From Flavobacterium sp. (GTDB lineage Bacteria > Bacteroidota > Bacteroidia > Flavobacteriales > Flavobacteriaceae), in assembly GCF_041911335.1 (NCBI RefSeq), contig NZ_JAYRPD010000038.1, positions 19,716 through 83,715 on the forward strand: 64,000 nucleotides of DNA, read 5' to 3'. Positions 31,397-42,507 of the stretch are shown piece after piece; positions within the stretch are counted from its first letter, which is position 1; every line of letters starts with the position of its first letter. The notes below the pieces were generated by a model. That model worked only from the letters and a program-made list of their open reading frames with translations. It was not told where the DNA came from and did no database searches. The position numbers and the translations under genes were made by a program.

Positions 31397-32674
31397 TTAT
31401 TTATGTAACCCAATCATTTCAAAGTAAGAACGCTCAATAGCTTCTTGATGATTAGGATGTGCAATTTTCACTAACTCTGCAACTCTTTGTTTTAATGTTT
31501 TTCCGTATAAATCAGCAATACCATTTTCAGTAATGATATAATGTGCGTGAGCTCTTGTTGTTACTACTCCAGCACCTTGCTTTAAATAGGGTACAATTCT
31601 ACTTTCTCCTCTTTTGGTAATCGAAGGTAGAGCAATAATCGCTTTACCTCCTTCACTTAATGATGCTCCGCGAATAAAATCCATTTGACCTCCAACTCCA
31701 GAATACATAGCACTTCCGATAGAATCCGCACAAACTTGACCAGTTAAATCTACTTCGATAGCTGAATTAATTGCCACCATTCTAGGGTTTCTTCGAATTC
31801 TGGCTGTATCGTTTACCATAGAAGATTCTTTCATTTCTATAAACGGATTGTCATTCACAAAATCATACAAACGTTTGGATCCCATTAAAAAAGTAGCCAA
31901 AGCTCTTCCTCTCAAAGTTCCTTTATAATTACAGTTGATAACATCATTTTCAATTAAATCGATAACACCATCGGAAAACATTTCGGTATGTAATCCTAAA
32001 TCTTTATGATTTGTTAATTTACTTAATGCAGCATTTGGTATCGAACCAATTCCCATTTGAAGCGTACTTTTGTCCTCAATTAATGAAGCAACATACGTTC
32101 CGATTTTTTCTTCTTCGGCTGTAAATGGCGTTACATCATGTGCAAAAATTGGTAAATTAACATCTACTAAATAATCAATTTCTGAAACGTGTAAAATTCC
32201 ATCACCAAAAGTTCTTGGCATTTGCGGATTAACCTGAGCTATTACAATTTTAGCATTTTCAATTGCCGCAACAGAAGCTTCAACCGAAACTCCTAACGAA
32301 CAATAGCCATGACTATCTGGTGGAGAAACATGAATGAATGCTACATCTAGTTTCACTACATTTTTACGGAACAATAATGGTAATTCACTCAAAAAAACAG
32401 GCGTATATGAACCATTTCCTGCTTTTAAAGTATGACGCACATTGGCTCCAATAAAAAAGGAATTCACATGAAAACTTTCAGCTAATTCCGGATTTGCATA
32501 AGGTGCGTCTCCTTCTGTGTGCAAATGACATAGTTCTACATTTCTGAGCTCAGATGCTCTATCGGTTAATGCTTTTGTTAAGATTGTTGGTGTAGCAGCA
32601 GCAGCCTGAACATAGACCCTATCACCACTTTTTACTACTTGTACAGCTTCCGCTGCAGTTACATATTTTCCCAT
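31397..32674 (-). CDS. acetyl-CoA hydrolase/transferase family
   Basis: LQMGIGSIP, HTEMFSDG, SGVGGQMDF. Confidence 0.93.
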   Translation of the reverse strand: MGKYVTAAEAVQVVKSGDRVYVQAAAATPTILTKALTDRASELRNVELCHLHTEGDAPYANPELAESFHVNSFFIGANVRHTLKAGNGSYTPVFLSELPLLFRKNVVKLDVAFIHVSPPDSHGYCSLGVSVEASVAAIENAKIVIAQVNPQMPRTFGDGILHVSEIDYLVDVNLPIFAHDVTPFTAEEEKIGTYVASLIEDKSTLQMGIGSIPNAALSKLTNHKDLGLHTEMFSDGVIDLIENDVINCNYKGTLRGRALATFLMGSKRLYDFVNDNPFIEMKESSMVNDTARIRRNPRMVAINSAIEVDLTGQVCADSIGSAMYSGVGGQMDFIRGASLSEGGKAIIALPSITKRGESRIVPYLKQGAGVVTTRAHAHYIITENGIADLYGKTLKQRVAELVKIAHPNHQEAIERSYFEMIGLHK

Positions 32675-32853
32675 ACCTAATGAAATTTATAATGCAAAAT
32701 TATGCTCTAATGTAGGGATAAAATATGACAATTCTCATATTTAATTGAGGCCTTTGGATTAATAGTAATAGGGAATAACAAATTGAAATTGAATTTTGAA
32801 ATTGTACTTATAATTGAACTTGAATTCGTACTTTTGCTCCGAAATTTTGTATT

Positions 32854-33672
32854 ATGATTGTACTTAAAACTCTTGAAGAAATTGAATTGATGCGCGAAAG
32901 CGCTTTGATTGTTTCTAAAACATTAGGAATGATTGCGAAGGAAATTAAACCTGGTGTAACTACTTTATATTTAGACAAATTGGCAGAAGATTTTCTTCGT
33001 TCGCACGGAGCGGAGCCTGCATTTTTAGGCATGTATGGCTTTCCAAATTCGCTTTGCATGAGTCCAAACACACAAGTAGTACATGGTATTCCAAATAATG
33101 TTCCGTTACAAGATGGCGATATTATTTCGGTAGATTGTGGTGCTTTTAAAAATGGTTTTTATGGTGATCATGCTTACACTTTTGAAGTAGGTGAAGTAGC
33201 TCCAGAAACAAAAAAGCTTTTACAAGTTACTAAGGAATCGCTTTACGTTGGAATTCGTGAAACTAAAGTTGGGAATCGTGTGGAAGATATCGGATATGCA
33301 ATTCAGCAATATTGCGAAAGTCATGGTTATGGAGTAGTTCGTGAATTATGCGGACACGGTTTAGGTAGAAAAATGCACGAAGATCCAGAAGTTCCAAATT
33401 ACGGAAAACGTGGTCGCGGAAAAAAATTAGTCAACGGAATGGTCATTGCTATCGAACCAATGATTAATATGGGAACCAAAAACATCAAACAACATAAAGA
33501 CGGTTGGACAATTACTACTGCTGACGGAAAACCAAGTGCACATTTTGAACACGATGTTGCAATCGTTGACGGAAAACCTGAATTGTTATCCACTTTTGCT
33601 TACATCTACAAAGCATTAGGAATTGCTAGCAATGAAGAAGATGGATTGAGACAAAAACCTTTAGTATTATAA
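32854..33672 (+). CDS. map: type I methionine aminopeptidase
   Basis: HGIP, GHGLG, AIEPM, SAHFEH. Confidence 0.97.
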   Translation: MIVLKTLEEIELMRESALIVSKTLGMIAKEIKPGVTTLYLDKLAEDFLRSHGAEPAFLGMYGFPNSLCMSPNTQVVHGIPNNVPLQDGDIISVDCGAFKNGFYGDHAYTFEVGEVAPETKKLLQVTKESLYVGIRETKVGNRVEDIGYAIQQYCESHGYGVVRELCGHGLGRKMHEDPEVPNYGKRGRGKKLVNGMVIAIEPMINMGTKNIKQHKDGWTITTADGKPSAHFEHDVAIVDGKPELLSTFAYIYKALGIASNEEDGLRQKPLVL

Positions 33673-33675
33673 TTC

Positions 33676-34107
33676 AACACGAATTTCACTAATTTTCACT
33701 AATTATGAATGATTTAATTTATAAAGATGAAGTATATGAAATAGTTGGATTATGTATGGAAGTTCATAATACTCTTGGTAAAGGTCACAATGAAAAAGTC
33801 TATGGAGATGCTCTGGAATTCGAGTTTAAATTAAATAAAATAAATTACGTTAGAGAGCAAAAATACACAATTGAATATAAAGGAATTCAACTTCCTAGTT
33901 ATTATTACTCTGATTTTACTTTGCATAATAATATTATATTAGAAATTAAAGCAATCCAAACTCTCACTTCAAGTGAAACCAAACAAGTATTGAATTATTT
34001 AGCAGCTTCAAAGTGTAATTTAGGATTGCTAGTAAATTTTGGAGAAGACAGTCTTAAATACAAAAGAATAATATTATAAATTCGTGCTAATTCGTGAAAT
34101 TAGTGTT
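33676..34107 (+). mobile_element. putative selfish element: 29-nt inverted-repeat arms enclosing a GxxExxY ORF
   Basis: Left arm 33676-33704 aacacgaatttcactaattttcactaatt; right arm 34079-34107 aattcgtgctaattcgtgaaattagtgtt; 24/29 complementary. Confidence 0.65.
33705..34079 (+). CDS. GxxExxY protein (PD-(D/E)xK nuclease fold)
   Basis: LGKGHNEKVY motif; SDF...ILEIKA; QVLNYL; GLLVNFG. Confidence 0.93.
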   Translation: MNDLIYKDEVYEIVGLCMEVHNTLGKGHNEKVYGDALEFEFKLNKINYVREQKYTIEYKGIQLPSYYYSDFTLHNNIILEIKAIQTLTSSETKQVLNYLAASKCNLGLLVNFGEDSLKYKRIIL

Positions 34108-34114
34108 TTAACAA

Positions 34115-34879
34115 ATGAAAAAACTATTCAAACTTATACTTAACACCATTCCTCGTCCGATATTGATTTGTTTGAGCATTGTCGTACGTCCTATTTTGGC
34201 TTTTTTATTGAAAGGAAGTCGTTTTACAGATCCTATTGATGGAAAAAGCTTTCGTATGTTTTTACCTTATGGATATGGAACACAACGAAACAACGTGTTG
34301 TCACCAAGCACGCTTTCTTTAGAAAGACATCGTTTGTTGTGGTTATATTTACAAAACGAAACGGATTTTTTTACCGCTCCCAAAAAAGTATTACACTTTG
34401 CGCCAGAACAAGAATTTTACAAGCGTTTCAAAAAACAATCGAATTTAGATTATACAACTACCGATTTGTTTTCGCCTTTGGCTGATGTAAAAGCGGATAT
34501 TTGTAATTTACCATTTGAAGATAATTCATATGATATCATTTTATGTAATCACGTTTTGGAACACATTCCGGATGACACTAAAGCCATGCAAGAATTATAT
34601 CGCGTTTTAAAACCAGGTGGAATGGGAATCTTTCAAATTCCACAAGATTTATCAAGGGCTACAACTTTTGCAGATGATTCGATAACTGATCCAAAAGAAC
34701 GCGCGAAAATCTTCGGGCAATACGACCACGTGAGAGTTTATGGTAGAGATTATTTTGATAAACTAAGAAGCATTGGTTTTAAGGTTGACGAAGTAGATTA
34801 TACCAAAACAATTGCTCCTGAATTAGTAGAAAAATATTGTTTAGCAAAAGGAGAAATTATTCCGGTTTGTTATAAATAA
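34115..34879 (+). CDS. class I SAM-dependent methyltransferase
   Basis: VLHFAPE, DIILCNHVLEHI, ELYRVLKPGG. Confidence 0.9.
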   Translation: MKKLFKLILNTIPRPILICLSIVVRPILAFLLKGSRFTDPIDGKSFRMFLPYGYGTQRNNVLSPSTLSLERHRLLWLYLQNETDFFTAPKKVLHFAPEQEFYKRFKKQSNLDYTTTDLFSPLADVKADICNLPFEDNSYDIILCNHVLEHIPDDTKAMQELYRVLKPGGMGIFQIPQDLSRATTFADDSITDPKERAKIFGQYDHVRVYGRDYFDKLRSIGFKVDEVDYTKTIAPELVEKYCLAKGEIIPVCYK

Positions 34880-34914
34880 AGAAAAAGGCTTTCGTTTTGA
34901 AAGCCTTTTTCTTT
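34878..34914. terminator. bidirectional terminator
   Basis: aaagaaaaaggctttc-gtttt-gaaagcctttttcttt. Confidence 0.88.
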
Positions 34915-35929
34915 ACTCTTTAATTAATTTCTTGAAATTTTCTGTAGTAAATTGCTGCATTTTATTGTCTGAATCCGAGTAAAGAAGCATGACATGCAAT
35001 TCTGGATGTTTTTGTAAGAATACCTTACTTTCCCCTAAACTCATTAACATAAAAGCTGTAGCATAACCATCAGACAAGCCAGATGATTTTGATAAAACGG
35101 TTGCACTTAATACATTATTTTTTTGTGCCAATCCTGTTTTTGGATTAATGATGTGTACGAACTTCTTACCGGTTTTCTCATCAATCATTACTTTACGATA
35201 ATTGCCGGAAGTTGCCATTCCTAAGTTTTCTAAATTTACTTTGGCAATTAAAGTACGTTCTTCAGGTTTTTGTAATGGATCGTCGATTCCTACTACCCAA
35301 TTCTTATTATCAATCGTGTTTTTACCTAATGCGAATAATTCGCCGCCGATTTCTACAATGGCATTTTCAATTCCTTTCGATTTTAAATAATTCACGACCA
35401 CATCAACGGAATAACCTTGCGCAATTGCATTAAAATCGATGAAAGTTTCTTTATACTTTTTTGAAATAGTCTTATTTGCATTTAAAGCAATCTTATCAAA
35501 ACCTACAAATAGCAATAAGCTATCAATTTGCTTTGGAGCTAAATCTTGGTGCTTTTTATTTGGTCCAAAACCGTAAGCGTTTACTAAAACACCGATTGTT
35601 GGATCGAACAAACCATTCGTTTCTTTATAAATTTGATTTGAAAGCTGAAATGTTTCTGTAAAAAAATCATCTACTACAACAGTTGAATCTCCTGCATTAA
35701 TTTTAGAAATTTTAGAATCTGGTCGATAGGTAGAAAGTGATAAATCAAAAACCGTTAACAAAGAATCAATTTGATTTTTAGTAACTTTTTCTTCGATAGC
35801 AATGTATTTAATGGAATAGGTACTTCCTTGTGCTTCTCCTTGAATGGTATAAAAATCTGTGGATTTATCACATGAAATAAACAGAATAGCTACAACTAGA
35901 AAACTACAAAATCTCTTTAATTCCTTCAT
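34913..35929 (-). CDS. apbE: FAD:protein FMN transferase
   Basis: Lipobox; DFNAIAQGY, VEIGGE, MATSGNY, HIINPKTG; next to nqr. Confidence 0.93.
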   Translation of the reverse strand: MKELKRFCSFLVVAILFISCDKSTDFYTIQGEAQGSTYSIKYIAIEEKVTKNQIDSLLTVFDLSLSTYRPDSKISKINAGDSTVVVDDFFTETFQLSNQIYKETNGLFDPTIGVLVNAYGFGPNKKHQDLAPKQIDSLLLFVGFDKIALNANKTISKKYKETFIDFNAIAQGYSVDVVVNYLKSKGIENAIVEIGGELFALGKNTIDNKNWVVGIDDPLQKPEERTLIAKVNLENLGMATSGNYRKVMIDEKTGKKFVHIINPKTGLAQKNNVLSATVLSKSSGLSDGYATAFMLMSLGESKVFLQKHPELHVMLLYSDSDNKMQQFTTENFKKLIKE

Positions 35930-36269
35930 AATGTAATATATAATCTTGGTTTTTTAAAATGGGCTTTTCGAAATCTTCGGCATTGGCAAAACCTACTCCT
36001 GCAAATAACACTTTTGCCTTTTTCCCTTTTGCATGATTGATGAAGGTTTCCATAAACAACACATCGTATTCAGCCGGATTATCTGGATAAGTAACCGCTT
36101 GTACCATTACAAAATGCAAAGTATTAGTAGGTTTATCAACACAAACAAATTGTGGATGCTTTTTCAATTGGCTGTTGATAGCAATGAACTCAAATCCTTG
36201 TTTTTCGAGTTCTTTACCCACGTGATTCATAGCCAAATGATGTAAGTCTTGTAGTGATAATGGTTCCAT
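35904..36269 (-). CDS. conserved hypothetical protein between nqrF and apbE
   Basis: 121-aa ORF with ATG start, overlapping the apbE start. Confidence 0.7.
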   Translation of the reverse strand: MEPLSLQDLHHLAMNHVGKELEKQGFEFIAINSQLKKHPQFVCVDKPTNTLHFVMVQAVTYPDNPAEYDVLFMETFINHAKGKKAKVLFAGVGFANAEDFEKPILKNQDYILHYEGIKEIL

Positions 36270-36349
36270 ATTGCAAAGGTAGTTATTCTATTTGAAAGCA
36301 TAAAAAAACCGACTCATTTCTGAATCGGTTTTGGTATTTAAAATTTGGA

Positions 36350-37642
36350 TTAACCTCCGAAGTCGTCGAAACGAACATTTTCTTTTGGCACACCCCAATC
36401 GTCACACATTTTTACAACGGCTTGATTCATCATCGGTGGTCCACAGAAATAGAATTCGATATCTTCTGGTGAATCGTGTAATTTCAAGTGGTTATCGATA
36501 ACTACGTTATGAATAAATCCTACGAAACCATCACCTTCTCCATTTGGTCCATCTTTCACTTTCCAGTTATCTTCTGGTAAAGGTTCAGATAACGCGATAT
36601 GGAATTTGAAGTTAGGAAAATCTTTCTCTAAAGCTCTAAAGTGATCTACATAGAACAATTCACGTTTAGAACGACCTCCGTACCAATACGTAACTTTTCT
36701 TCCAGTTTTAACTGTACGGAATAAGTGGTATAAGTGCGAACGCATTGGCGCCATACCAGCTCCACCACCTACATACAACATTTCAGCATCAGATTCGTTA
36801 ATGAAGAATTCACCGTAAGGTCCAGAAACCGTTACTGTATCACCCGCTTTTCTTGAGAAAACGTATGAAGAAGCAATACCTGGGTTTACTTTCATCCAAT
36901 CGTTTGTAGCTCTATCAAATGGAGGCGTTGCAATACGAACGTTCAACATGATTTTTCTACCTTCTGCTGGATAAGAAGCCATAGAGTAAGCTCTTTCAAC
37001 CAATTCGTTATTTTTCATAACTAATGGCCATAATTTAAACTTATCCCACTCTACTTGGAATTTATCAGGTTCACCTGGATGTTCAACTGGGTGAGCTGTA
37101 ATATCAATATCTGTAAATTTCACTTCACAAGCTGGGATCTCAATTTGAATATAACCTCCTGCTTCGTAGTGCATATCTTCTGGTAACTCAACAATAAATT
37201 CTTTAATAAAAGAAGCTACGTTGTAATTAGAATATACTTTTGCTTCGAATTTTTTGATACCAAAAATTTCTTCTGGTACTTCAATTACCATGTCTTGTTT
37301 TACTTTAACTTGACACCCTAATCTCCATCCTTCTGCTAATTCTTTACGAGTAAAGTTAGGGATTTCTGTTGGTAGAGGCTCTCCTCCACCTTCTAAAACT
37401 TTACATTTACACTGTAAACAAGAACCTCCACCACCACAAGCTGATGGTAAAAAGATTTTATTATTACCTAAAGTAGTTAAAAGTGTACTACCTCCACCTA
37501 CTTCAATTTCGTTTTCGCCGTTAATTTTAATCTTTACAGCACCTGAGTTTACTAATTTAGATTTTGCATATAATAGCATAAACACCATTAGTAAAATAAG
37601 CGCTAAGAAAGCTAAAATCGAATATGTAATTAATTCAAACAT
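36350..37642 (-). CDS. nqrF: Na+-translocating NADH:quinone reductase subunit F
   Basis: [12 protein letters not shown] 2Fe-2[26 protein letters not shown]. Confidence 0.97.
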   Translation of the reverse strand: MFELITYSILAFLALILLMVFMLLYAKSKLVNSGAVKIKINGENEIEVGGGSTLLTTLGNNKIFLPSACGGGGSCLQCKCKVLEGGGEPLPTEIPNFTRKELAEGWRLGCQVKVKQDMVIEVPEEIFGIKKFEAKVYSNYNVASFIKEFIVELPEDMHYEAGGYIQIEIPACEVKFTDIDITAHPVEHPGEPDKFQVEWDKFKLWPLVMKNNELVERAYSMASYPAEGRKIMLNVRIATPPFDRATNDWMKVNPGIASSYVFSRKAGDTVTVSGPYGEFFINESDAEMLYVGGGAGMAPMRSHLYHLFRTVKTGRKVTYWYGGRSKRELFYVDHFRALEKDFPNFKFHIALSEPLPEDNWKVKDGPNGEGDGFVGFIHNVVIDNHLKLHDSPEDIEFYFCGPPMMNQAVVKMCDDWGVPKENVRFDDFGG

Positions 37643-37667
37643 AATTTCAATTTTTAATGTTATACTA

Positions 37668-38426
37668 TTATTTAACTACTTGAGTTGAATCTACTTTTAC
37701 TGAATCTACAGCTACTTGAACTGAATCAACTACAGGAGTTTCTACAACAGCTGGAGCTGGAGTTTCTAATTTTGCCTCAGGTTTTTTATTTAATAAGTTA
37801 ATGTCAATTCCACCAAAACTCATGAAACCGATAGCCATTAAACCTGTTAAAATAAAAGTAATTCCTAAACCTCTCAACGGAGCTAGCACGTTAGAATATT
37901 CCATTTTTTCACGAATAGCAGCTAATGCAACAATTGCAATTAACCAACCAATTCCTGAAGAAAAACCAAATGTGATAACATGACCAATATTTTGGTAAGC
38001 ACCTGTATCAACACGTAATTGCATAAATAACGAACCTCCTAAGATAGCACAGTTAACAGCAATAAGTGGTAAGAAAATACCTAACGAGTTATATAACGAT
38101 GGAGAAAACTTCTCAACAATCATTTCTACTAATTGTACCAAAGTTGCTACAACTGCAATAAAGATAATTAAGTTTAAGAAACTTAAATCCATAGTTTTTA
38201 ATGATGGATCTAACCAAGATAAAGCACCTGCTTCTAAAACATATTTATAAATCAAATAGTTTAATGGCACGGTGATTACTTGTACAAATGTTACTGCAAT
38301 ACCTAATCCAATAGCCGTTGATACCTTTTTAGATACAGCAAGGTAAGAACACATTCCTAAGAAGTATGCAAACACCATGTTATCAATGAACATGGATTTT
38401 AAAAATATATTGATATATTCAAACAT
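37668..38426 (-). CDS. nqrE: Na+-NQR subunit E
   Basis: [23 protein letters not shown]; carries an extra C-terminal tail. Confidence 0.95.
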   Translation of the reverse strand: MFEYINIFLKSMFIDNMVFAYFLGMCSYLAVSKKVSTAIGLGIAVTFVQVITVPLNYLIYKYVLEAGALSWLDPSLKTMDLSFLNLIIFIAVVATLVQLVEMIVEKFSPSLYNSLGIFLPLIAVNCAILGGSLFMQLRVDTGAYQNIGHVITFGFSSGIGWLIAIVALAAIREKMEYSNVLAPLRGLGITFILTGLMAIGFMSFGGIDINLLNKKPEAKLETPAPAVVETPVVDSVQVAVDSVKVDSTQVVK

Positions 38427-38431
38427 AGCTA

Positions 38432-39097
38432 TTATTTTTTCTCAATTAATTTTTTATTAATACCTCTTTGTACCCAAATGATAATACCAACTGTAACAAG
38501 CGCCATTGGAGCTAATAACATAAAACCATTGTTTACATATCCATGAGCATAAGCTCCTGTTTTATCTACTGCATTTCCTAAGATTTCAATTCCGAAAATT
38601 TTTCCAGAACCTAATAATTCTCTGAAAAATGCTACAATCATTAAGATAATTCCGTAACCTAAACCATTTCCAATTCCATCAAGGAAAGATTTCCATGGTC
38701 CGTTACCTAATGCAAACGCTTCTAAACGTCCCATTACAATACAGTTCGTAATAATCAATCCAACGAAAACCGATAATTGTTTACTTACATCATATGCATA
38801 AGCTTTCAAAACTTGGTCTACTAAGATTACCAATAACGCAACAATCACTAATTGAACAATGATACGAATACGATTTGGAATTAAATTTCTAATTAATGAT
38901 ACAATAACATTACTTAAAGCTACAACCGCCGTTACTGAAAGCGCCATTACAAAGGCATTTTTCATTTGAACTGTTACCGCTAAAGCCGAACAAATACCTA
39001 ATACTTGAACTGTTACTGGGTTATCGTCATTAAATGGATTCGTAATTAACTTAATGTTACTTTTTGAAAATAATCCTTCTTTATTGTTATCTGCCAT
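38432..39097 (-). CDS. nqrD: Na+-NQR subunit D
   Basis: [23 protein letters not shown]. Confidence 0.96.
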   Translation of the reverse strand: MADNNKEGLFSKSNIKLITNPFNDDNPVTVQVLGICSALAVTVQMKNAFVMALSVTAVVALSNVIVSLIRNLIPNRIRIIVQLVIVALLVILVDQVLKAYAYDVSKQLSVFVGLIITNCIVMGRLEAFALGNGPWKSFLDGIGNGLGYGIILMIVAFFRELLGSGKIFGIEILGNAVDKTGAYAHGYVNNGFMLLAPMALVTVGIIIWVQRGINKKLIEKK

Positions 39098-39102
39098 GAC
39101 GA

Positions 39103-39786
39103 TTATTTTTTATTAGATTTTAAATATTTTTCATATGGTTTTAGACCTCTAACTAACATTTCAGTCACACCATTACCAGTTAAAGTAGCACCAGAAATTG
39201 CATCAACTTCTCCATCAGCTTTATCATCTTTACCAGTATAACCTTTAACTACTTTTAAACCTTGTAAGTTTCCGTTAGCATCAAAAACACTTTCTCCTTT
39301 AAAACTATTTTGGAAGTAATCTTGAGTAATTTCACCTCCTAAACCTGGAGTTTCTGCTTTATGGTCAAATACAATACCATCAACCTTTAAGTTTTCATCA
39401 ACTGAAACATAACCCCAGATTGCATCCCATAATCCCATTCCTCTTACAGGAATAACATAGAATTTTTTACCATCTTTCTCAGCATTGAAAATTGGAAATT
39501 TCCCTTTTTCCTTAGCGATATCAACTGTAAATGCCTCTTTGCTAATTTCGTTTCCGTTTTCATCAAAAACTATTTCGCTAACAATGTGTTTTTTATATGC
39601 TTCTTCTGATGCATCTCTCTCAACAGTAACTCCAAATGATTTTAGAATGTACTGCATTTTCTCTTTTTTAACATTTGCTTCTTGGTTAGGCTTAAGTGCT
39701 GTTGCAGCAAATGCTAATGCAGAAGCTACTAAAACCACCATTACAGTCGCAAACAAAAACGTATATCCGTTACTTTCTCTATTCAT
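39103..39786 (-). CDS. nqrC: Na+-NQR subunit C
   Basis: [26 protein letters not shown] site. Confidence 0.95.
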   Translation of the reverse strand: MNRESNGYTFLFATVMVVLVASALAFAATALKPNQEANVKKEKMQYILKSFGVTVERDASEEAYKKHIVSEIVFDENGNEISKEAFTVDIAKEKGKFPIFNAEKDGKKFYVIPVRGMGLWDAIWGYVSVDENLKVDGIVFDHKAETPGLGGEITQDYFQNSFKGESVFDANGNLQGLKVVKGYTGKDDKADGEVDAISGATLTGNGVTEMLVRGLKPYEKYLKSNKK

Positions 39787-39788
39787 GA

Positions 39789-40958
39789 CTATGCAGATTT
39801 TAATTGTTTAGACTGTGCTAATCTTCTTTTTCTCTTAGCAATGTTTCCATTAACCACGAAGTAATCAATTGTTGGTGCTAAAGTATTCATCAATAAAATA
39901 GCTAACATAACTCCTTCTGGATAAGCAGGATTGAACACTCTAATCATGATACTAAAGAATCCGATTAACAAACCATAGATAATCTTACCTTTATCTGTTT
40001 GAGCGGCAGAAACTGGATCAGTTGCCATAAATACAATACCAAAAGCAAACCCTCCAACTACTAAATGATTTGTCCAATCAAAATTCATTAAAGCTGTTAA
40101 TCCAACAGCATTAAACATCATTGCTGTTAAAGCTGCTCCAACTACTCCTGAAACCATAATTTTCCAACTACCAACACCTGTTGCAATTAATACAAATGCA
40201 CCAATTAAAATAGCTAAAACTGAAGTTTCACCTACAGAACCAGGAATTAATCCAATGAATGAATTCCAAAAATCCCACTGAGCTGGAAGTTCTTTTCCAT
40301 TTGCTAAAGCTCCTAAAATTGTTTCACCTGAAACTCCATCGATAGTAGTAGCATCGCTAACCCAAATTTTATCTCCCGACATAAATGTAGGATAAGCAAA
40401 GAATGCAAACGCACGCGCTAATAAAGCTGGATTAAAAATATTCATTCCAGTTCCTCCAAAAGCCTCTTTACCAATTATAACTGCAAAAGCTACCGAAATA
40501 GCTAACATCCATAAAGGTAAATCAACCGGCATAACCATTGGAATTAACAAACCAGATACTAAGTATCCTTCGTTAACTTCGTGACCTCTAAAAATTGCAA
40601 AAGCAAATTCGATACCTAATCCTACTGCATACGATACAATAATCATTGGTAATACTTTCCATAATCCGTGGAAAAATAAATTTCCAAATGACATGTCAGA
40701 ACCTTCAATCTGAATGAAGTGTTGGTAACCTGCATTGTAAATTCCGAATATTAAAGCTGGAATTAAAGCTAAAACCACAGTAATCATGGTTCTCTTTAAA
40801 TCTACAGCATCTCTAATATGAGCTCCATGCTTTGTAGTATGATTAGGCACATATAAAAATGTATCTAATGCATTAATTGCAGGTGCAAATTTTTCAAATT
40901 TTTGCCCTTTCTCAAAAGGCTTTTTAATTTGGTCTATTTTATCTCTTAAAAACTTCAT
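39789..40958 (-). CDS. nqrB: Na+-NQR subunit B
   Basis: DLKRTM, FGGTGMN, DGVSGET, FMATDPV. Confidence 0.96.
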   Translation of the reverse strand: MKFLRDKIDQIKKPFEKGQKFEKFAPAINALDTFLYVPNHTTKHGAHIRDAVDLKRTMITVVLALIPALIFGIYNAGYQHFIQIEGSDMSFGNLFFHGLWKVLPMIIVSYAVGLGIEFAFAIFRGHEVNEGYLVSGLLIPMVMPVDLPLWMLAISVAFAVIIGKEAFGGTGMNIFNPALLARAFAFFAYPTFMSGDKIWVSDATTIDGVSGETILGALANGKELPAQWDFWNSFIGLIPGSVGETSVLAILIGAFVLIATGVGSWKIMVSGVVGAALTAMMFNAVGLTALMNFDWTNHLVVGGFAFGIVFMATDPVSAAQTDKGKIIYGLLIGFFSIMIRVFNPAYPEGVMLAILLMNTLAPTIDYFVVNGNIAKRKRRLAQSKQLKSA

Positions 40959-40963
40959 AGCTA

Positions 40964-42313
40964 TTATCCTACTTCTTTAATCATTAAATCAAGAGCCTCA
41001 CGAATGATTTGTTGCGCTTCTAATTTAGATGTGTTAGTATAATCAATTAAAGCAAAATCTTCTGGAGCTACTTCGTAAATTCCTAAGCTTTCCATTTTAT
41101 CGATATCGCTAGCCAAACAAGCTTTTAACAATTGCATTGGAAAAATATCAAGAGGCATTACTGCTTCCATTTCTCCTGTTACAACTAAAGCTCTTTCTTC
41201 ACCGTTTAAATTGGTGTTAGGCGCATATTTTTTACTTGGCATTAACCATGATAATCCTGTTCTTGATGCACTGTGAACACTTGGCGATGCAAAAGGCATC
41301 CATCCGAACATTCTGTAAACATTTCCTTCAGGAATTACAGTTACAGTATTGCTGTAGAAACCTAAATTCCCATCCATTTTCACTTTTGTTCCAGTTAAAA
41401 CATCTCCAGAAATAACTCTTACGTTATCTCCTTCAATTTTACCAGCAACTAAATCGGCAATAGCAGCACCAGAAATTACATTATAGTATTGAGCGTCTTT
41501 AACTTCAGAACCTACCAAAGCCACAGTTCTTGTAGCATTGAATTTTCCAGTTAAAAATAATTCACCAATTGTTGCAACATCTTGAGGTGTTACTGTCCAA
41601 ACTCTTTCACCTGCATTGATAGGCGAAATTTTTGCAATTTGAACTCCAACATTTCCTGCTGGATGTGGACCATACACTTGGTGTAAAGAAACTCCTTTAA
41701 CATCTTTAAAAATTGATTTTCCTTTACCTTTTACAGATAAATGAACTTTTCCTGATGTTAATTTTGCTAAAGCATCGATACCAACTTGGAATGCTTCTAA
41801 TTTGTTTTCTAAAACAAACTCAACATCTGCAGCCAATGGAGCAGTTGCATAAGCTGAAATAAAAACAGCTTTAGGTGTATCAGCTGAATTAGCAATCACA
41901 TCATATGGACGTTGATTGATAAATGGCCAACATCCTGAAGCTAACAAATGTGCTTTTACTTCTTCTGTTGATAAATCATTAGGATTTTTCTTGCTATGCT
42001 CAACGAAAACATCTTGAGAATCTGCAGCAATAAGAATCTCTAAAATGACTCTTTTTTCACCACGTTTGATTTCTTGAATTTTTCCGCTTACAGGGGCAAC
42101 GAATTTAACTTTCTCATCTGATTTAGAAAAGAAAATTACTTCTCCCGCTTTAACGTTATCTCCTTCTTTTACCACCATCTTAGGAGTTACTCCGTGAAAG
42201 TCAGAAGGTTTAACAGCATAGACTTTCGAGCGAGTTACTTGAGCTACTTTATGAGCTGCTTCACCCTTCAACTTAAGGTCTAAACCTTTTTTAATTCGAA
42301 TGTCTTTTGACAT
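40964..42313 (-). CDS. nqrA: Na+-NQR subunit A
   Basis: IKKGLDL, GPHPAGNVG, LGIYEVAPED. Confidence 0.96.
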   Translation of the reverse strand: MSKDIRIKKGLDLKLKGEAAHKVAQVTRSKVYAVKPSDFHGVTPKMVVKEGDNVKAGEVIFFSKSDEKVKFVAPVSGKIQEIKRGEKRVILEILIAADSQDVFVEHSKKNPNDLSTEEVKAHLLASGCWPFINQRPYDVIANSADTPKAVFISAYATAPLAADVEFVLENKLEAFQVGIDALAKLTSGKVHLSVKGKGKSIFKDVKGVSLHQVYGPHPAGNVGVQIAKISPINAGERVWTVTPQDVATIGELFLTGKFNATRTVALVGSEVKDAQYYNVISGAAIADLVAGKIEGDNVRVISGDVLTGTKVKMDGNLGFYSNTVTVIPEGNVYRMFGWMPFASPSVHSASRTGLSWLMPSKKYAPNTNLNGEERALVVTGEMEAVMPLDIFPMQLLKACLASDIDKMESLGIYEVAPEDFALIDYTNTSKLEAQQIIREALDLMIKEVG

Positions 42314-42507
42314 ATTTTTGAAGATATGATTGTTAAAAAATTTACTATAAAACGTGCAAATTTAATCAAATACATAACACCTTACCAAAAATAAAGACAG
42401 AGTTTGGCTTTATTTATAATTATTCTAAATTATAAAATACTAATAAATTAACAGTAATTACGTTTGTTCCTAAAGATTTACTATTTTTACGTTTTTATAG
42501 CTGTAAA

